Shown here: positions 32,808-42,941 of the stretch, piece by piece
Position numbering within the stretch: position 1 is the stretch's first letter
Layout of the letters: each line of letters starts with the position of its first letter
Virus record (IMG/VR): IMGVR_UViG_3300017778_007984
Span: 4,594 to 68,593 of that record
Direction: 5' to 3' (one strand)
Origin: a virus
Lineage: Duplodnaviria; Caudoviricetes
Length of the DNA: 64,000 nt
The notes under the pieces: generated by a model
Told to the model about the DNA's origin: nothing
Seen by the model: the letters and a program-made list of their open reading frames with translations, nothing else
Database searches by the model: none
Translations under genes and position numbers: made by a program

Positions 32808-34977
32808 ATACTTTTAACACCCCCCCTGCCAATGGTGGAACAAATACGGTTCCTTCTACTTTTCCATTTTGTACAAATTCATCATAACCACCCTTTTGCA
32901 AGGCTGTTGTAAATGCAACCATGCGATTTGGACTACCATCTGGGTTTGGGCCAGTTTTTAGACCATAAGCCTGCATATATTCGATTATGTTAAGAACACC
33001 TCTTTCTGGTGAAATTCCAGGAAGGAATTCCGATAAGACAAGAAGTGCATTTGGCAGTGGTGAGGGGGGGGTTCTTACTTCTCCTCTAATCAACTCCAGT
33101 ATTCTTTGAATCTGTTTAATCAACGACTTACACTCTCGGTAATTTAAAAAACCTTGGACAAGTGGTTCAGCATAATTCAATATGGCATTAATAGCCTTAA
33201 GTTTAGCATTTTTACTGGTTCGTGCAATGTCCCTAATTATTTCCCTGAGTAATTTTAAAATATTTTTTTTGAGCATTATAAATAAAAGCTCTAGAAATTT
33301 ATTCATAATACGACCAATAACTCTGAATACAAATTTTCTAAATTTCTTTGTAAAATCAACTCCATCAGCGATGAATGTCGAGGACAAAGCATTTATTGTA
33401 TTAGCAGAATTAATTAAGGTGTTGGCGGATGTTAGAATAGAATTTCCAGAAACTATTAATTGGTTTGCAAATCCGACAACTTGATTTTGTAGATATTCTT
33501 TAAAAATTAATATAGGTAATAATACTTTTGGTGAGAGAATGCCTGAAATTAAGGCTAGTGGAATTTTTTTTATTAAATCTTGATTGAATGGGTTTTCAAA
33601 ATCAAACGCAATACCACCAAATCCTTCCTGTGTCCAAGTTTGGGGAATTGAATCCAACAATCTTTCAATTTCAGCAACTTGGTCTTCAACGGGTAATGAA
33701 TCTATTGTATTAGATAAATTGTCGGCTTGTTGAAGTAATATGTCATTATTAACGGGTAAATCTACGTTGTTACAATCAACATACTGAACAATGCCTCTTT
33801 TTTGATTACTAGAAACTTGATTAATATCGTTTAATTCTGTTTCGGTAAAGGTAAAAAAATTGTCATCTAGATTATCTAATTCAGATATTTTTGCAACTCC
33901 CGATACATCTATTTCTGACGAACCAGGTTCACATATTCCCATAATTCTAAATAAAATTGTGGTAAATTTGTTCTGTGACTCGATTTGTTGAATCGATAGT
34001 CCACCGACTAATGCCCCCGTTGCTAGGTTTAAAAGATTGCCTAAAAAAGCATTTGGTTCAAAAATCTCAATTGATTGATAGTAATCACCAATTGCGTTGA
34101 CAATTGTGTTGGCAGAAAATTGAAGTGTTGCTTGATTTTGACTCGTAGTTACTGGTGAGCCTTCTCTATCGAGTAAAAATACCCTAAAATAATCTCCTGA
34201 AGCCCCAACCCCATTTTGAGTTGTGTATTCAATATCGAAAATTCCTTGACGACTTATTCCGTTGTAATTTACGCCATACTCATCTTTAAAAGTTTGACCC
34301 TCATTAATTAGCCTCTCATGTAACTCAAAATTCATTGGAAATGGTTTTTTCTCAGCTTTCTTTGGGGGAGGTGGTGTAGGTGGATTCCCAGGATAGTTTT
34401 TGTATTGAGATAGTGTTGTAATATCGGTGGTTTCATAATATAATTTACCAATTCGACTATTAGCATCTAAAACTAAAGATTTATTCCAATCAATATCGCC
34501 AACTCTTACATAAATTCCTTCCTGTTCTGGTAAAAGAGATAAAGATGAATTTTGTGTCTGTCCTGATGATAACCCTTGATATGTTTGTTCCTGAGCACAG
34601 TTAAGTACCCTAAATGCTTCCTCTTGAACAATTTTTTTTATCTCACCCTTCAATTGAAAAACAAGTTGTAGCAAATTTTTTCTAATTTCCTTTTCAGTGT
34701 TAGGAAATTTTGAGTCAGGATTCGATTTATTAATTAGTTGAATTAATTTATCAAAACTTGTAGGTTGGTTTCTTTTATCTCTGCTTTGATTTGCTTCGAC
34801 CGATGATTTTTGCCCTGCCAGTGCTTGAATAGATTGTGCTAGACTTTCACCTCTTTTTTTATCACTTTCTTGAGTTAACTGTCTAGATTCGTTGTAAGAT
34901 TGAAGTGCCGAAATTCTATTGGAAATTGCCTCGTAACCCCCACCTAAATCTAAAGATTGATTGCTGAATATTGGCAT
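32791..34977 (-). CDS. Large hypothetical protein, 728 aa, possibly structural
   Basis: Long ORF in the late operon; no motif recognised. Confidence 0.75.
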   Translation of the reverse strand: MPIFSNQSLDLGGGYEAISNRISALQSYNESRQLTQESDKKRGESLAQSIQALAGQKSSVEANQSRDKRNQPTSFDKLIQLINKSNPDSKFPNTEKEIRKNLLQLVFQLKGEIKKIVQEEAFRVLNCAQEQTYQGLSSGQTQNSSLSLLPEQEGIYVRVGDIDWNKSLVLDANSRIGKLYYETTDITTLSQYKNYPGNPPTPPPPKKAEKKPFPMNFELHERLINEGQTFKDEYGVNYNGISRQGIFDIEYTTQNGVGASGDYFRVFLLDREGSPVTTSQNQATLQFSANTIVNAIGDYYQSIEIFEPNAFLGNLLNLATGALVGGLSIQQIESQNKFTTILFRIMGICEPGSSEIDVSGVAKISELDNLDDNFFTFTETELNDINQVSSNQKRGIVQYVDCNNVDLPVNNDILLQQADNLSNTIDSLPVEDQVAEIERLLDSIPQTWTQEGFGGIAFDFENPFNQDLIKKIPLALISGILSPKVLLPILIFKEYLQNQVVGFANQLIVSGNSILTSANTLINSANTINALSSTFIADGVDFTKKFRKFVFRVIGRIMNKFLELLFIMLKKNILKLLREIIRDIARTSKNAKLKAINAILNYAEPLVQGFLNYRECKSLIKQIQRILELIRGEVRTPPSPLPNALLVLSEFLPGISPERGVLNIIEYMQAYGLKTGPNPDGSPNRMVAFTTALQKGGYDEFVQNGKVEGTVFVPPLAGGVLKVFAKGK

Positions 34978-34982
34978 AAAAT

Positions 34983-35348
34983 TTACATTCTGTAGTTAGT
35001 ATTGTCCGTAACTTCAGAGTCTTTGTCCATGAGTTTTTCCATTAAGTCTTCATCCATGTCAGATAAAGTAAAACTCTCTTGTGTATTTGTAGTTTTTTCC
35101 CAAATGGAGCTTTGAAGTCTCGATAAACTCAATTTTTTATCAACGCAATCATTAATAATTTTTTGTTGTTTTTCAAGCACCGGACCAATGTCTTTCATGT
35201 CTTCGGCCTCTTTCATCATTGCAATCATTTTATTTTGAATTCTTAGAGCAGTGTTTCTTTGCTCTACAAGTTCATTGTAAATTTCCTGCATGAGAGAAAG
35301 AATAGACTCTTTGCTAAAATTGATTTCTTTACGTTGTGGACGTGGCAT
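34983..35348 (-). CDS. Coiled-coil hypothetical protein
   Basis: TATTTATA immediately upstream. Confidence 0.75.
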   Translation of the reverse strand: MPRPQRKEINFSKESILSLMQEIYNELVEQRNTALRIQNKMIAMMKEAEDMKDIGPVLEKQQKIINDCVDKKLSLSRLQSSIWEKTTNTQESFTLSDMDEDLMEKLMDKDSEVTDNTNYRM

Positions 35349-35395
35349 ATTTATAAATACCTAAAATTTTATTATCGATAAAATTGATAAAAAAG

Positions 35396-36142
35396 TTAAT
35401 ATTTCATTTTTAATTGAACTATTGCGTATAACTTTTTAAATTTTTTCATTGAATTTCTTATTTCTTTAGTCGTGAGATTTGTCATTTCACGCAGTGAAAG
35501 AAGAATTATGTTTTTATTGAATTTGTTGTTGTCAGCCCCGCTAAAAATTGTCTCATAATTTTCAAATAAATCAATTAAAGCGTATCCTAACTTAGTCTCA
35601 TTTTCTGAGAGTGTTTCGTTATTAACAAAATCTTTTAATTCCTGAAGATATTTTTTAATTACAACCTCCATTTCTATTACATCAGAGTCGATTGTGTACA
35701 TCATATCGGGTCTTTGTTCTAAAGATGTTGATATGTCTTCATAAGAAACTTTTCTATTTAAATCCTTTTGTTCTTTAATTATTTGACCCATTAAATAATT
35801 TTTACAGATAGTCCCAAAATAAGAATAGGCTTTTTTGTTTTTATCTGGTTTAAACTTATCAACCTTGGTCATTAAAAATGAGTGAGTGTCCACGTGTGTT
35901 TCCCTAAAATCCATGTCTTTACGATAAAGCCTATATCTTCGGATAATTGATGAAATCATTTTTTCCAAAGGAGCTCGTAGAAACTCGTTATAGATTTTAT
36001 TTTTTTCCTCGTATGTCTCCGCAATAAGGAATGCTCTTACAGCATCCTCCTCACGAACATCAAAATAATTAGTGGTTGTTGCTTTACGTCCCCTTTTTTT
36101 TGATGAAACATCCTCGGTAGTAGCTGTTAATGTTTCTAACAT
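35396..36142 (-). CDS. T4 gp55-like late-transcription sigma factor
   Basis: NYF...KFKPDKNKKAYSYFGTICKNYLMGQIIKEQK parallels the gp55 region-2 pattern (F..K.KN..AY.T..C.N...Q.I.KE.K) as recalled. Confidence 0.65.
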   Translation of the reverse strand: MLETLTATTEDVSSKKRGRKATTTNYFDVREEDAVRAFLIAETYEEKNKIYNEFLRAPLEKMISSIIRRYRLYRKDMDFRETHVDTHSFLMTKVDKFKPDKNKKAYSYFGTICKNYLMGQIIKEQKDLNRKVSYEDISTSLEQRPDMMYTIDSDVIEMEVVIKKYLQELKDFVNNETLSENETKLGYALIDLFENYETIFSGADNNKFNKNIILLSLREMTNLTTKEIRNSMKKFKKLYAIVQLKMKY

Positions 36143-36948
36143 TAATCATTTTGTAATTGATACTTTATGGTTCTGTTTTCTTTAAAGAAATATTCTTTTT
36201 TTGCCGTCTGTACCCAAAACTTAACTTCCTCATCAACCATTTTATCTCCACTAAACTTGTAGTTCCAGAATATAGAACCTTCACGCATATTAGTGTGCTT
36301 GTAACCAATTCTTGGAATGGTCATAATTGAAGTTGAGTTGTAGGTAAGTCTAAGAAGAAATTCATATACAAATGTCAATTTTAGTGATGCTTTAAACCCA
36401 CCAAAATCTTCAATAACATCTTTACGAATTACCATTCCAGAAGTTTGGAAATTTTGATAATCTTGAAGAATGTCATTTGTTAAAAATCCAACTTCCTGTG
36501 CAAAATTAGCAGCAAATACTGCTTCATTTGTAAATCCAGCAAAAGCACCTTTCTCATCCGTGTCAACAACAACGGGCAAAAAAGCTTGTACCATAGGATA
36601 ATATCCCATGTACTTTTTAACGTTATCAAACCAAATGTTTGCATACTCATCATCAAACTCAAAAAAAGAAACCCACTTTGAGGATGCATTTTCAACTCCA
36701 AAATTTACCTGTGAGGAAAAACTTGGCTCCTTATCCCAGATAATTTTTCTGTGGTTTAAATCACCAAAATCGTATGAATCAATATGTGCGTTTAATTTTT
36801 CTTCTTGAGTTGCGACAATTAAAAGTTCTTTTACTTTTACTTTTTGATTTTTTACAGATTGTACTGCTTTATCAAAATATTCCTCGAAATCCTTAACAAC
36901 AGCGGATTTAATAGGAAGTATAATTGTGATATCTAAAATGTTTTCCAT
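36142..36948 (-). CDS. Glycosyltransferase, GT2-like
   Basis: DITIILPI N-terminus, FFEFDDEY (DxD-like), YEFLLRL. Confidence 0.8.
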   Translation of the reverse strand: MENILDITIILPIKSAVVKDFEEYFDKAVQSVKNQKVKVKELLIVATQEEKLNAHIDSYDFGDLNHRKIIWDKEPSFSSQVNFGVENASSKWVSFFEFDDEYANIWFDNVKKYMGYYPMVQAFLPVVVDTDEKGAFAGFTNEAVFAANFAQEVGFLTNDILQDYQNFQTSGMVIRKDVIEDFGGFKASLKLTFVYEFLLRLTYNSTSIMTIPRIGYKHTNMREGSIFWNYKFSGDKMVDEEVKFWVQTAKKEYFFKENRTIKYQLQND

Positions 36949-36950
36949 GA

Positions 36951-38006
36951 TTACTCTGCGAATTTTGAAATTTGTTCATCCATTGACTGTGCTCTTAAAT
37001 CAAGATATTGAGCAAATAGTTCAACGGTTTTATTGTCGAATGATTCTTGTGATGGTAACTTACTTACAGTTTCTTCCATGCTAGCATAAATTTCTGGGGA
37101 GATATTATCCTCCAACCAATTTTGTGTCCAATCCGCAATAATGTCGGGAAGTAAAAGTTGGTCTTTTATCCAAATACCATTTGTTTCATTCATCCACTCT
37201 GGAATCATATTGGGTGTCAAACCAATAACGGGCACTCCGACTTTCATTGACTCCAATGGGAATGTACCATATGCGCTTTCTCTGTCCATCCAAATCGATA
37301 CAAAACACTCAGAAATTGCGTTTGCAAACTCCTCCTGGGATAGACCCCTCAAATCTCGGAAGGTAAACCATCGGTACTGAGGGAATCTAAGGTAGAAAGT
37401 TTTGATTAAATTGATTGTGTCAGATTGCTCACGGGTATGAACACCAATAATTGGGAATGGAGGTAGTTCTCTTTTAACGAAAGCTTCTGAAATGACAGGT
37501 TCTAGAATATCATAACTTTGACCTCTCATTACTTTAGCTATCTGTTCTTTTTGAATTTCAGATGTTGTAATAGTTTTTAGAAACCCATATTGATTCCAAG
37601 TTTGTCCTGGTTGAAGAGTTTCAAGCATGTATGCATATGTCTGAGTTAATACGATTTTACCGCAAGGAAGATTTTTTACCTGGTCCATCATAAATCCGAA
37701 GATTTCAGGCACAACAAGAAAATCTTCAGGTGCAATTTCTAAATTTTGACCATCGATGGTTTGATGGGGTAAATCAGACATATATTTGTCTCCCAGCCAC
37801 GAGGCTACACCGGTGTAATCCGGTTTTTCATGCAAAATGATTGCGTTGAATCCTTTATTTTTAAGAGCTAGTGCCAAATCATAAATGTATTTGATTGAAG
37901 CTTTAGCGTTTCCCTTTGTGTCATGCACAAAGAAGTAAATCTTAGATTTTCTATCTCTAAGATTTTGGATGGAAAGTTTTACTTTTTCTATTTGTGTTTG
38001 TTCCAT
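36951..38006 (-). CDS. Glycosyltransferase, GT-B/GT4-like
   Basis: ESAYGTFPLESMKVGVPVIG matches the E-x7-E GT4 signature. Confidence 0.75.
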   Translation of the reverse strand: MEQTQIEKVKLSIQNLRDRKSKIYFFVHDTKGNAKASIKYIYDLALALKNKGFNAIILHEKPDYTGVASWLGDKYMSDLPHQTIDGQNLEIAPEDFLVVPEIFGFMMDQVKNLPCGKIVLTQTYAYMLETLQPGQTWNQYGFLKTITTSEIQKEQIAKVMRGQSYDILEPVISEAFVKRELPPFPIIGVHTREQSDTINLIKTFYLRFPQYRWFTFRDLRGLSQEEFANAISECFVSIWMDRESAYGTFPLESMKVGVPVIGLTPNMIPEWMNETNGIWIKDQLLLPDIIADWTQNWLEDNISPEIYASMEETVSKLPSQESFDNKTVELFAQYLDLRAQSMDEQISKFAE

Positions 38007-38007
38007 T

Positions 38008-38286
38008 TTAATAACTTGATATAATTTTTTTATTTAACAAAGAGTTAAAGGCTAACCTAAAAGGGATTGAAATTTCAGCATGTTTGATTCCAAGTTTTTC
38101 ATCAGACTCGGAATGCTCACTCATAATTACTTCTAACATCATTTTCACCATTTCATATTTTACCACATTAATTTTGTGGTCATTAGTGTCCCCACTAAGT
38201 TCATTGTTTATTACATTTGATAAATCGATAAATTCTTCGATTCTATCCAAATCAATGTAATAATTTTCATCCCAAATTGGTATCAT
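38008..38286 (-). CDS. Small hypothetical protein
   Basis: Operon-like spacing. Confidence 0.7.
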   Translation of the reverse strand: MIPIWDENYYIDLDRIEEFIDLSNVINNELSGDTNDHKINVVKYEMVKMMLEVIMSEHSESDEKLGIKHAEISIPFRLAFNSLLNKKIISSY

Positions 38287-38865
38287 TCAAATAAAGTTTT
38301 TAAGTTCTTTTAGTGTGTTTATACTTGATAAATTTTCTATTTCTGTATTATAGTTTGTATTATACTTAATAATTTTTTTTCCCTCAGGATAGTTCAATAA
38401 TAAATCAGGATTAGCCGTAAGTAAAAGGTCAATTTCATTCCAAAGAGAATTTAAAGTAATTTGATTGTAAAAATTAATTTTTTCTATCTGGCACCCGAAC
38501 TTCGAAAGGAAAAAAAGTGTTGCTGGTTTTGATTTTCCTATTTCATCGGACACTAGTAAAATATCGTGATTATCCCTGTGGTCAACATAAAAATCATTTA
38601 AGTCTATAAAACTATTGTATTCTGCCGATGCGGCATGACCGAATATTTCCATGCAGTGTTCGGTGTACAAAAAATCATAAAGTTCATCATTATCTTTAAA
38701 TTTCAAATGGTCTTGAAGTTTTAAAGATGTAATATCGGAAATTTTAGAATATTCAAAATCTCTTTTTTCATTGAGCATATTTTCTATGTAAAATTTCTCA
38801 TATACTTGTTCAATTTTTTTTACGGTATCTCGTAAAACCCCGTTAATCTCAATAGCTATTTTCAT
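38287..38865 (-). CDS. HAD-fold 5'(3')-nucleotidase-like protein with atypical motif I
   Basis: MKIAIEINGVLRD resembles HAD motif I (IxIDxDGVLxD) with substitutions. Confidence 0.5.
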   Translation of the reverse strand: MKIAIEINGVLRDTVKKIEQVYEKFYIENMLNEKRDFEYSKISDITSLKLQDHLKFKDNDELYDFLYTEHCMEIFGHAASAEYNSFIDLNDFYVDHRDNHDILLVSDEIGKSKPATLFFLSKFGCQIEKINFYNQITLNSLWNEIDLLLTANPDLLLNYPEGKKIIKYNTNYNTEIENLSSINTLKELKNFI

Positions 38866-39587
38866 TCTTCGTACTTTTCTAAGATTTTTGTTATTAGAGA
38901 ATTACGTACTACATCGCCTTGAGAAAATTCATGACACATAATTTGTTTTACGTTATTGAATCTGTTAATTGCATCATAAAGACCTGACTGAGTTTTATCT
39001 TTGTATCGGTCAGTTTGTTCAAGGTCTCCTGAAATGAAAAACTTGGAATTAAAACCAATTCTTGTAAGAAGAAGTTTCATCTGATTTGGCGTAGAATTTT
39101 GAGCTTCTTCAAAAATTAAAATTGAATTATCAATGTTCATACCTCGCATGTAAGCTAACGCAAATACTTCAATAATTTCCAACTCTTTTAGTTTTTCTCT
39201 AGTGTCTTTACCAATAATTTTGTTTAACAAATAGTAAGTAGGAAAAATGTAGGGGTCTAGTTTTTCTTCAACATTTCCAGGCAAAGAACCTAGTTTTTCT
39301 TCTGCTTCAACAGCAGGTCTAACAATAATAATTTTTTCATATGGTGTTGTTGGGTCAACTAATAAATCAACAGCAGCTTTCATTGCAATATAACTTTTTC
39401 CAACACCTGCTGGCCCAGCACATATAGTAATTTGAGCTTCATTAAGTTTTCTATAATACTCTTTTTGGCTTTCAGTCAAAAACTTTTCTTTAGTTTTTTT
39501 CTTTATAATTGAACCAATAATTTCTTTTTTAGTTTTGTTGGTTTCCTGTACCACATATGAAGGTGTTGGAGATGGTTTTTTTCTCAT
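38862..39587 (-). CDS. phoH: PhoH-family ATPase
   Basis: GPAGVGKS, RPAVEAEEKLGSLPG, AYMRG, EEAQN, GDLEQTD. Confidence 0.92.
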   Translation of the reverse strand: MRKKPSPTPSYVVQETNKTKKEIIGSIIKKKTKEKFLTESQKEYYRKLNEAQITICAGPAGVGKSYIAMKAAVDLLVDPTTPYEKIIIVRPAVEAEEKLGSLPGNVEEKLDPYIFPTYYLLNKIIGKDTREKLKELEIIEVFALAYMRGMNIDNSILIFEEAQNSTPNQMKLLLTRIGFNSKFFISGDLEQTDRYKDKTQSGLYDAINRFNNVKQIMCHEFSQGDVVRNSLITKILEKYEE

Positions 39588-39590
39588 ATA

Positions 39591-39977
39591 TTAATTTTTG
39601 TAATCTTCGTAACTTTTTTGTTCTTGTATTTCTGATTTAGAAATAGCGTTTATTTTATTTTTTATTTCAAAACGTTCATCATTTGTGTAATAAACTGCTC
39701 TGGCTAATTCAATAAATTCCTGGTTGAATAACTTTTGTTTTTCAAAAATTCTTAACTTATCTTCGATTTCCCAAAGATTTGAATTTGTTTCAATTAAATC
39801 ATCATATAAATTAAAAAATTCTTTTATACCTAAAAAAGGTTCAGAAATTTTATACAATAATTCGTATTCAATTTTTACTTTTTCAACCTTATCGGAATCT
39901 TGTATTTTATCTTTTTTGATATGGAGAATTGAAAGCTTATCTAGTAGTTCGCCAACACTTATTGGTATTGATATCAT
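39591..39977 (-). CDS. Conserved hypothetical protein (DUF6165-like by eye)
   Basis: IPISVGELLDKLSIL.IK...N..LWEIED...AR.VY..ND.R..IK..IN. Confidence 0.65.
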   Translation of the reverse strand: MISIPISVGELLDKLSILHIKKDKIQDSDKVEKVKIEYELLYKISEPFLGIKEFFNLYDDLIETNSNLWEIEDKLRIFEKQKLFNQEFIELARAVYYTNDERFEIKNKINAISKSEIQEQKSYEDYKN

Positions 39978-40022
39978 ATAGGGTTTTTTTTAAAATAGTT
40001 GTTTTCGGCGAAAAAAAAACAT

Positions 40023-41387
40023 TTATCTTCTTAAATAATTTGTCAAATCTTCTGGTGTACCTAGTCCCCACATTTTTGATATTTCGAAGGTTCTAATTTC
40101 CTTACCATTTTGAATTGCTTCGTTAAATACAGGACACACATAAAATTCATTGTTGACTCTTATATTTTTATTAATCATTTGTTCGGTGTATTTAACATAA
40201 TCAGAGCCTTTTTTCCAATAATAGACTCCCACTGTTGCTATGTCTGATATCGGATTTTTCTCAGCAACCTCTGTAACTAAACCATTTTCATTGACCTTAG
40301 CAAATGACCACTTTGGGTGGGTTGATTTAAAGGTTACAATTCCCCCATCACAATTAGTCTCTGACATCTTGTACATAAACTCATTTGAATCCCACTCTAT
40401 AAATTGGTCTGAGTTTGCCATAACAAGTGGACTGTCGTTGTCAATAAGCTCTTTCGCTAAAAGAGTTGTACATGCCGCACCTTCTGTTAAGCCATCAACT
40501 TCAACAATTTTACAATTTGGTGATACCAAATTTAACAAGGTATCCAAGTTATATTTTTCTCTATGGGATTTTTGAACGATAAATATGTAATTTGCTTTGA
40601 TGTTAAGATTTTCAGTAACTACTTTAATCATTGGGTCTCCTTCAACATCAATTAAAGGTTTGGGGAATGTATAACCAGCTTTTTCGAATCTTGAGCCAGC
40701 ACCAGCCATTGGGATTAATACATTTAATTTTTCATCATTCCATTTTGGTTTTTTCATTTTAAAATTAGAGTTTAATTCTTTTAGTTTAGAATAAATGTTG
40801 GCAATAGTAACATCTTGTGGTGATTTTACTCTTAGGATTGGAGCATGTGTTCTAGCTGCGGCTAACAGACCGTATGGGGAGTCTTCTACAATCAATGTCT
40901 CATCAGCAATTACCCCCATTTCAGAGATGACCTTCCAGTAAATTTCCGGGTGTGGTTTGCTATTTTTCACATCTTCATTGGATAGTATTTGGTCAAAATA
41001 TTCTATGATGTCTAACTTTGATAGAACCGTTAAGACGGTCTTCCGTATTGAATTACTGCAGCAAGCTATTTTGAAACCATCTTCAGATAATTTTTCTAAA
41101 AGTTGGGACAAGTTTGAATTGGGGGTGATATTTTTCAATTTCTCGTTTGTAATTCTTTGTTTTTCCTCCCAAACCAAATTATGAAGATTTGTGTTTAATC
41201 CTTTTTCTTTGGTTAGCATATCGAGTTTCTGTTTTGTTTTCAACCCATCATACTTCGAAAGATGCTCGTTCCATGATATTAAACAATTTTTTGCGTGAAG
41301 ATTTAAAGCATCATTTAAAGCCTCATAGTGTAGATGTTTAGCCTCAATTAAAACGCCATCCAAATCAAAAATAATAAGTTTTATCAT
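40023..41387 (-). CDS. HAD phosphatase / sugar-phosphate nucleotidyltransferase fusion
   Basis: IFDLDGVL, SKPHPEIY, VEDS.YG (HAD) then IPMAGAGSRF..PKPLI and MWGLGTPEDL (NTP transferase); start reassigned to MIKLIIFD. Confidence 0.85.
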   Translation of the reverse strand: MIKLIIFDLDGVLIEAKHLHYEALNDALNLHAKNCLISWNEHLSKYDGLKTKQKLDMLTKEKGLNTNLHNLVWEEKQRITNEKLKNITPNSNLSQLLEKLSEDGFKIACCSNSIRKTVLTVLSKLDIIEYFDQILSNEDVKNSKPHPEIYWKVISEMGVIADETLIVEDSPYGLLAAARTHAPILRVKSPQDVTIANIYSKLKELNSNFKMKKPKWNDEKLNVLIPMAGAGSRFEKAGYTFPKPLIDVEGDPMIKVVTENLNIKANYIFIVQKSHREKYNLDTLLNLVSPNCKIVEVDGLTEGAACTTLLAKELIDNDSPLVMANSDQFIEWDSNEFMYKMSETNCDGGIVTFKSTHPKWSFAKVNENGLVTEVAEKNPISDIATVGVYYWKKGSDYVKYTEQMINKNIRVNNEFYVCPVFNEAIQNGKEIRTFEISKMWGLGTPEDLTNYLRR

Positions 41388-41824
41388 TTGTACAAAGAGA
41401 TATTGTCTGAGCAAATACCAAGACAATTTAGTTTAATGTATTTGTATGTGGTCTTTTCAGGTAAAACCCAAATGGAATTTTCAAAAACCTTTTTACCAGG
41501 ATATACCCAAGGAACCCCTTTTGAAGTTAAGGTGTAATCATCTTCTTGATGCCAAAAAGAATGTACATTTGAATTTTGTAGCATTCTAAAAAATGCTTCA
41601 TCATTTTTAGCGTGGCACCAAAGGTTAGGGTTTTCAAGGAATGATTCCTCAATCAAATAATAAGGTTCGTTGTGACCCAAATAAAATGAGCCATCAACGA
41701 ACCATACATCAATTTCTACTTCGAAACCTTTGCTTAGAGCAAGAGAAATATATTCTGGAGAATTTTCTGCGTTAGGTATTCTCCCGTCTATATTACCTCG
41801 ATGTGAAATATAGTGTTTTATCAC
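41384..41824 (-). CDS. Glycerophosphodiester phosphodiesterase-like protein
   Basis: ISHRGN..G...ENS, FEVEIDVW, LGHNEP, GICSD. Confidence 0.7.
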   Translation of the reverse strand: MIKHYISHRGNIDGRIPNAENSPEYISLALSKGFEVEIDVWFVDGSFYLGHNEPYYLIEESFLENPNLWCHAKNDEAFFRMLQNSNVHSFWHQEDDYTLTSKGVPWVYPGKKVFENSIWVLPEKTTYKYIKLNCLGICSDNISLYK

Positions 41825-42912
41825 ACTTGTTCTCTTTCTGAGTGGGGATTACCAAATTCTCTGCGGTAAATGGTTTTACCACCATCAGGACTTTCATAGA
41901 TATAAACCATTTCTGATTTTTTCTTTTCTACCTGCTCAGCAATCCAAGCATACGTTTTTTCCATTCCAACCCTCAGAGGTTGTGAAACTTCCCAACCGAT
42001 TTTTTCTCTAAACATTTTGTTGTCTGAGTTTCTTCCACGAACACCAACTGGGCAATTAAACCCGTATTTTTCTTTGAATTCCTGACCTTCAATATTTTTT
42101 ACAGTAATTTCTTTTTTTGCTATATCAATTGCCATTTCAGCTAATTGGTTAATAGTTACCATTTCTTCTGAACCTATATTGACGGGACCTTTAAAATCCG
42201 ATTCCATCATTTTCAAAACAGCTTCAACACATTCGTCAACATAAAGAAACGAACGGGTTTGTTGTCCATCACCCCAAACTTCAATTTCTGATTCTCTTTC
42301 AGCAACTTTTCTACACATTGCCGCAGGTGCTTTTTCTTTACCACCAGTCCATGTTCCCATTGGTCCAAAGATATTATGGAAACGAGCGACTCTTACGTCG
42401 AGTCCGTAGTTTCTATTAAAAGCTAAAAACAATCTTTCAGAAAAAAGTTTTTCCCACCCGTATTCAGAGTCCGGATTTGCTGGGTAGGCTGTGGATTCTT
42501 CACAGTTTGGATTATTGGGGTCCAATTGATTGTGTTCGGGGTACATACACGCTGATGATGAGTAGAAAACTTTACCAATCTTTTTCTTAACACATTCATG
42601 TACTACATTCAAATTTATTAACGCAGAATTGTGCATTACATTAGCATCATTATCACCGGTAAAAATGTAACCAGCACCACCCATGTCCGCAGCAAGTTGA
42701 TAAACCTCATCGATTGTATCATCAATAACCAAAGAAACCACTTCTGGATTTCTCAAATCACCAACAATAAACTCATGACAAATATCTTTATTGTCCCAAT
42801 ATTCATGTCTTTTTATATCACAGATGCGTACCCAGTGTCCATCTTTTTTTAATTTGTGTGCGAGGTGTCCTCCAATAAAACCACCCCCACCAAGAACAAC
42901 TATTTTTTTCAT
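41821..42912 (-). CDS. NAD-dependent epimerase, GDP-mannose 3,5-epimerase-like
   Basis: GGGGFIG, LAADMGGAGYI, SSACMYPE, YGWEK, RFHNIFGP, EKAPAAMCRK. Confidence 0.85.
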   Translation of the reverse strand: MKKIVVLGGGGFIGGHLAHKLKKDGHWVRICDIKRHEYWDNKDICHEFIVGDLRNPEVVSLVIDDTIDEVYQLAADMGGAGYIFTGDNDANVMHNSALINLNVVHECVKKKIGKVFYSSSACMYPEHNQLDPNNPNCEESTAYPANPDSEYGWEKLFSERLFLAFNRNYGLDVRVARFHNIFGPMGTWTGGKEKAPAAMCRKVAERESEIEVWGDGQQTRSFLYVDECVEAVLKMMESDFKGPVNIGSEEMVTINQLAEMAIDIAKKEITVKNIEGQEFKEKYGFNCPVGVRGRNSDNKMFREKIGWEVSQPLRVGMEKTYAWIAEQVEKKKSEMVYIYESPDGGKTIYRREFGNPHSEREQV

Positions 42913-42941
42913 TCTAATCTATTTTTACAAAGCATAAGTTT

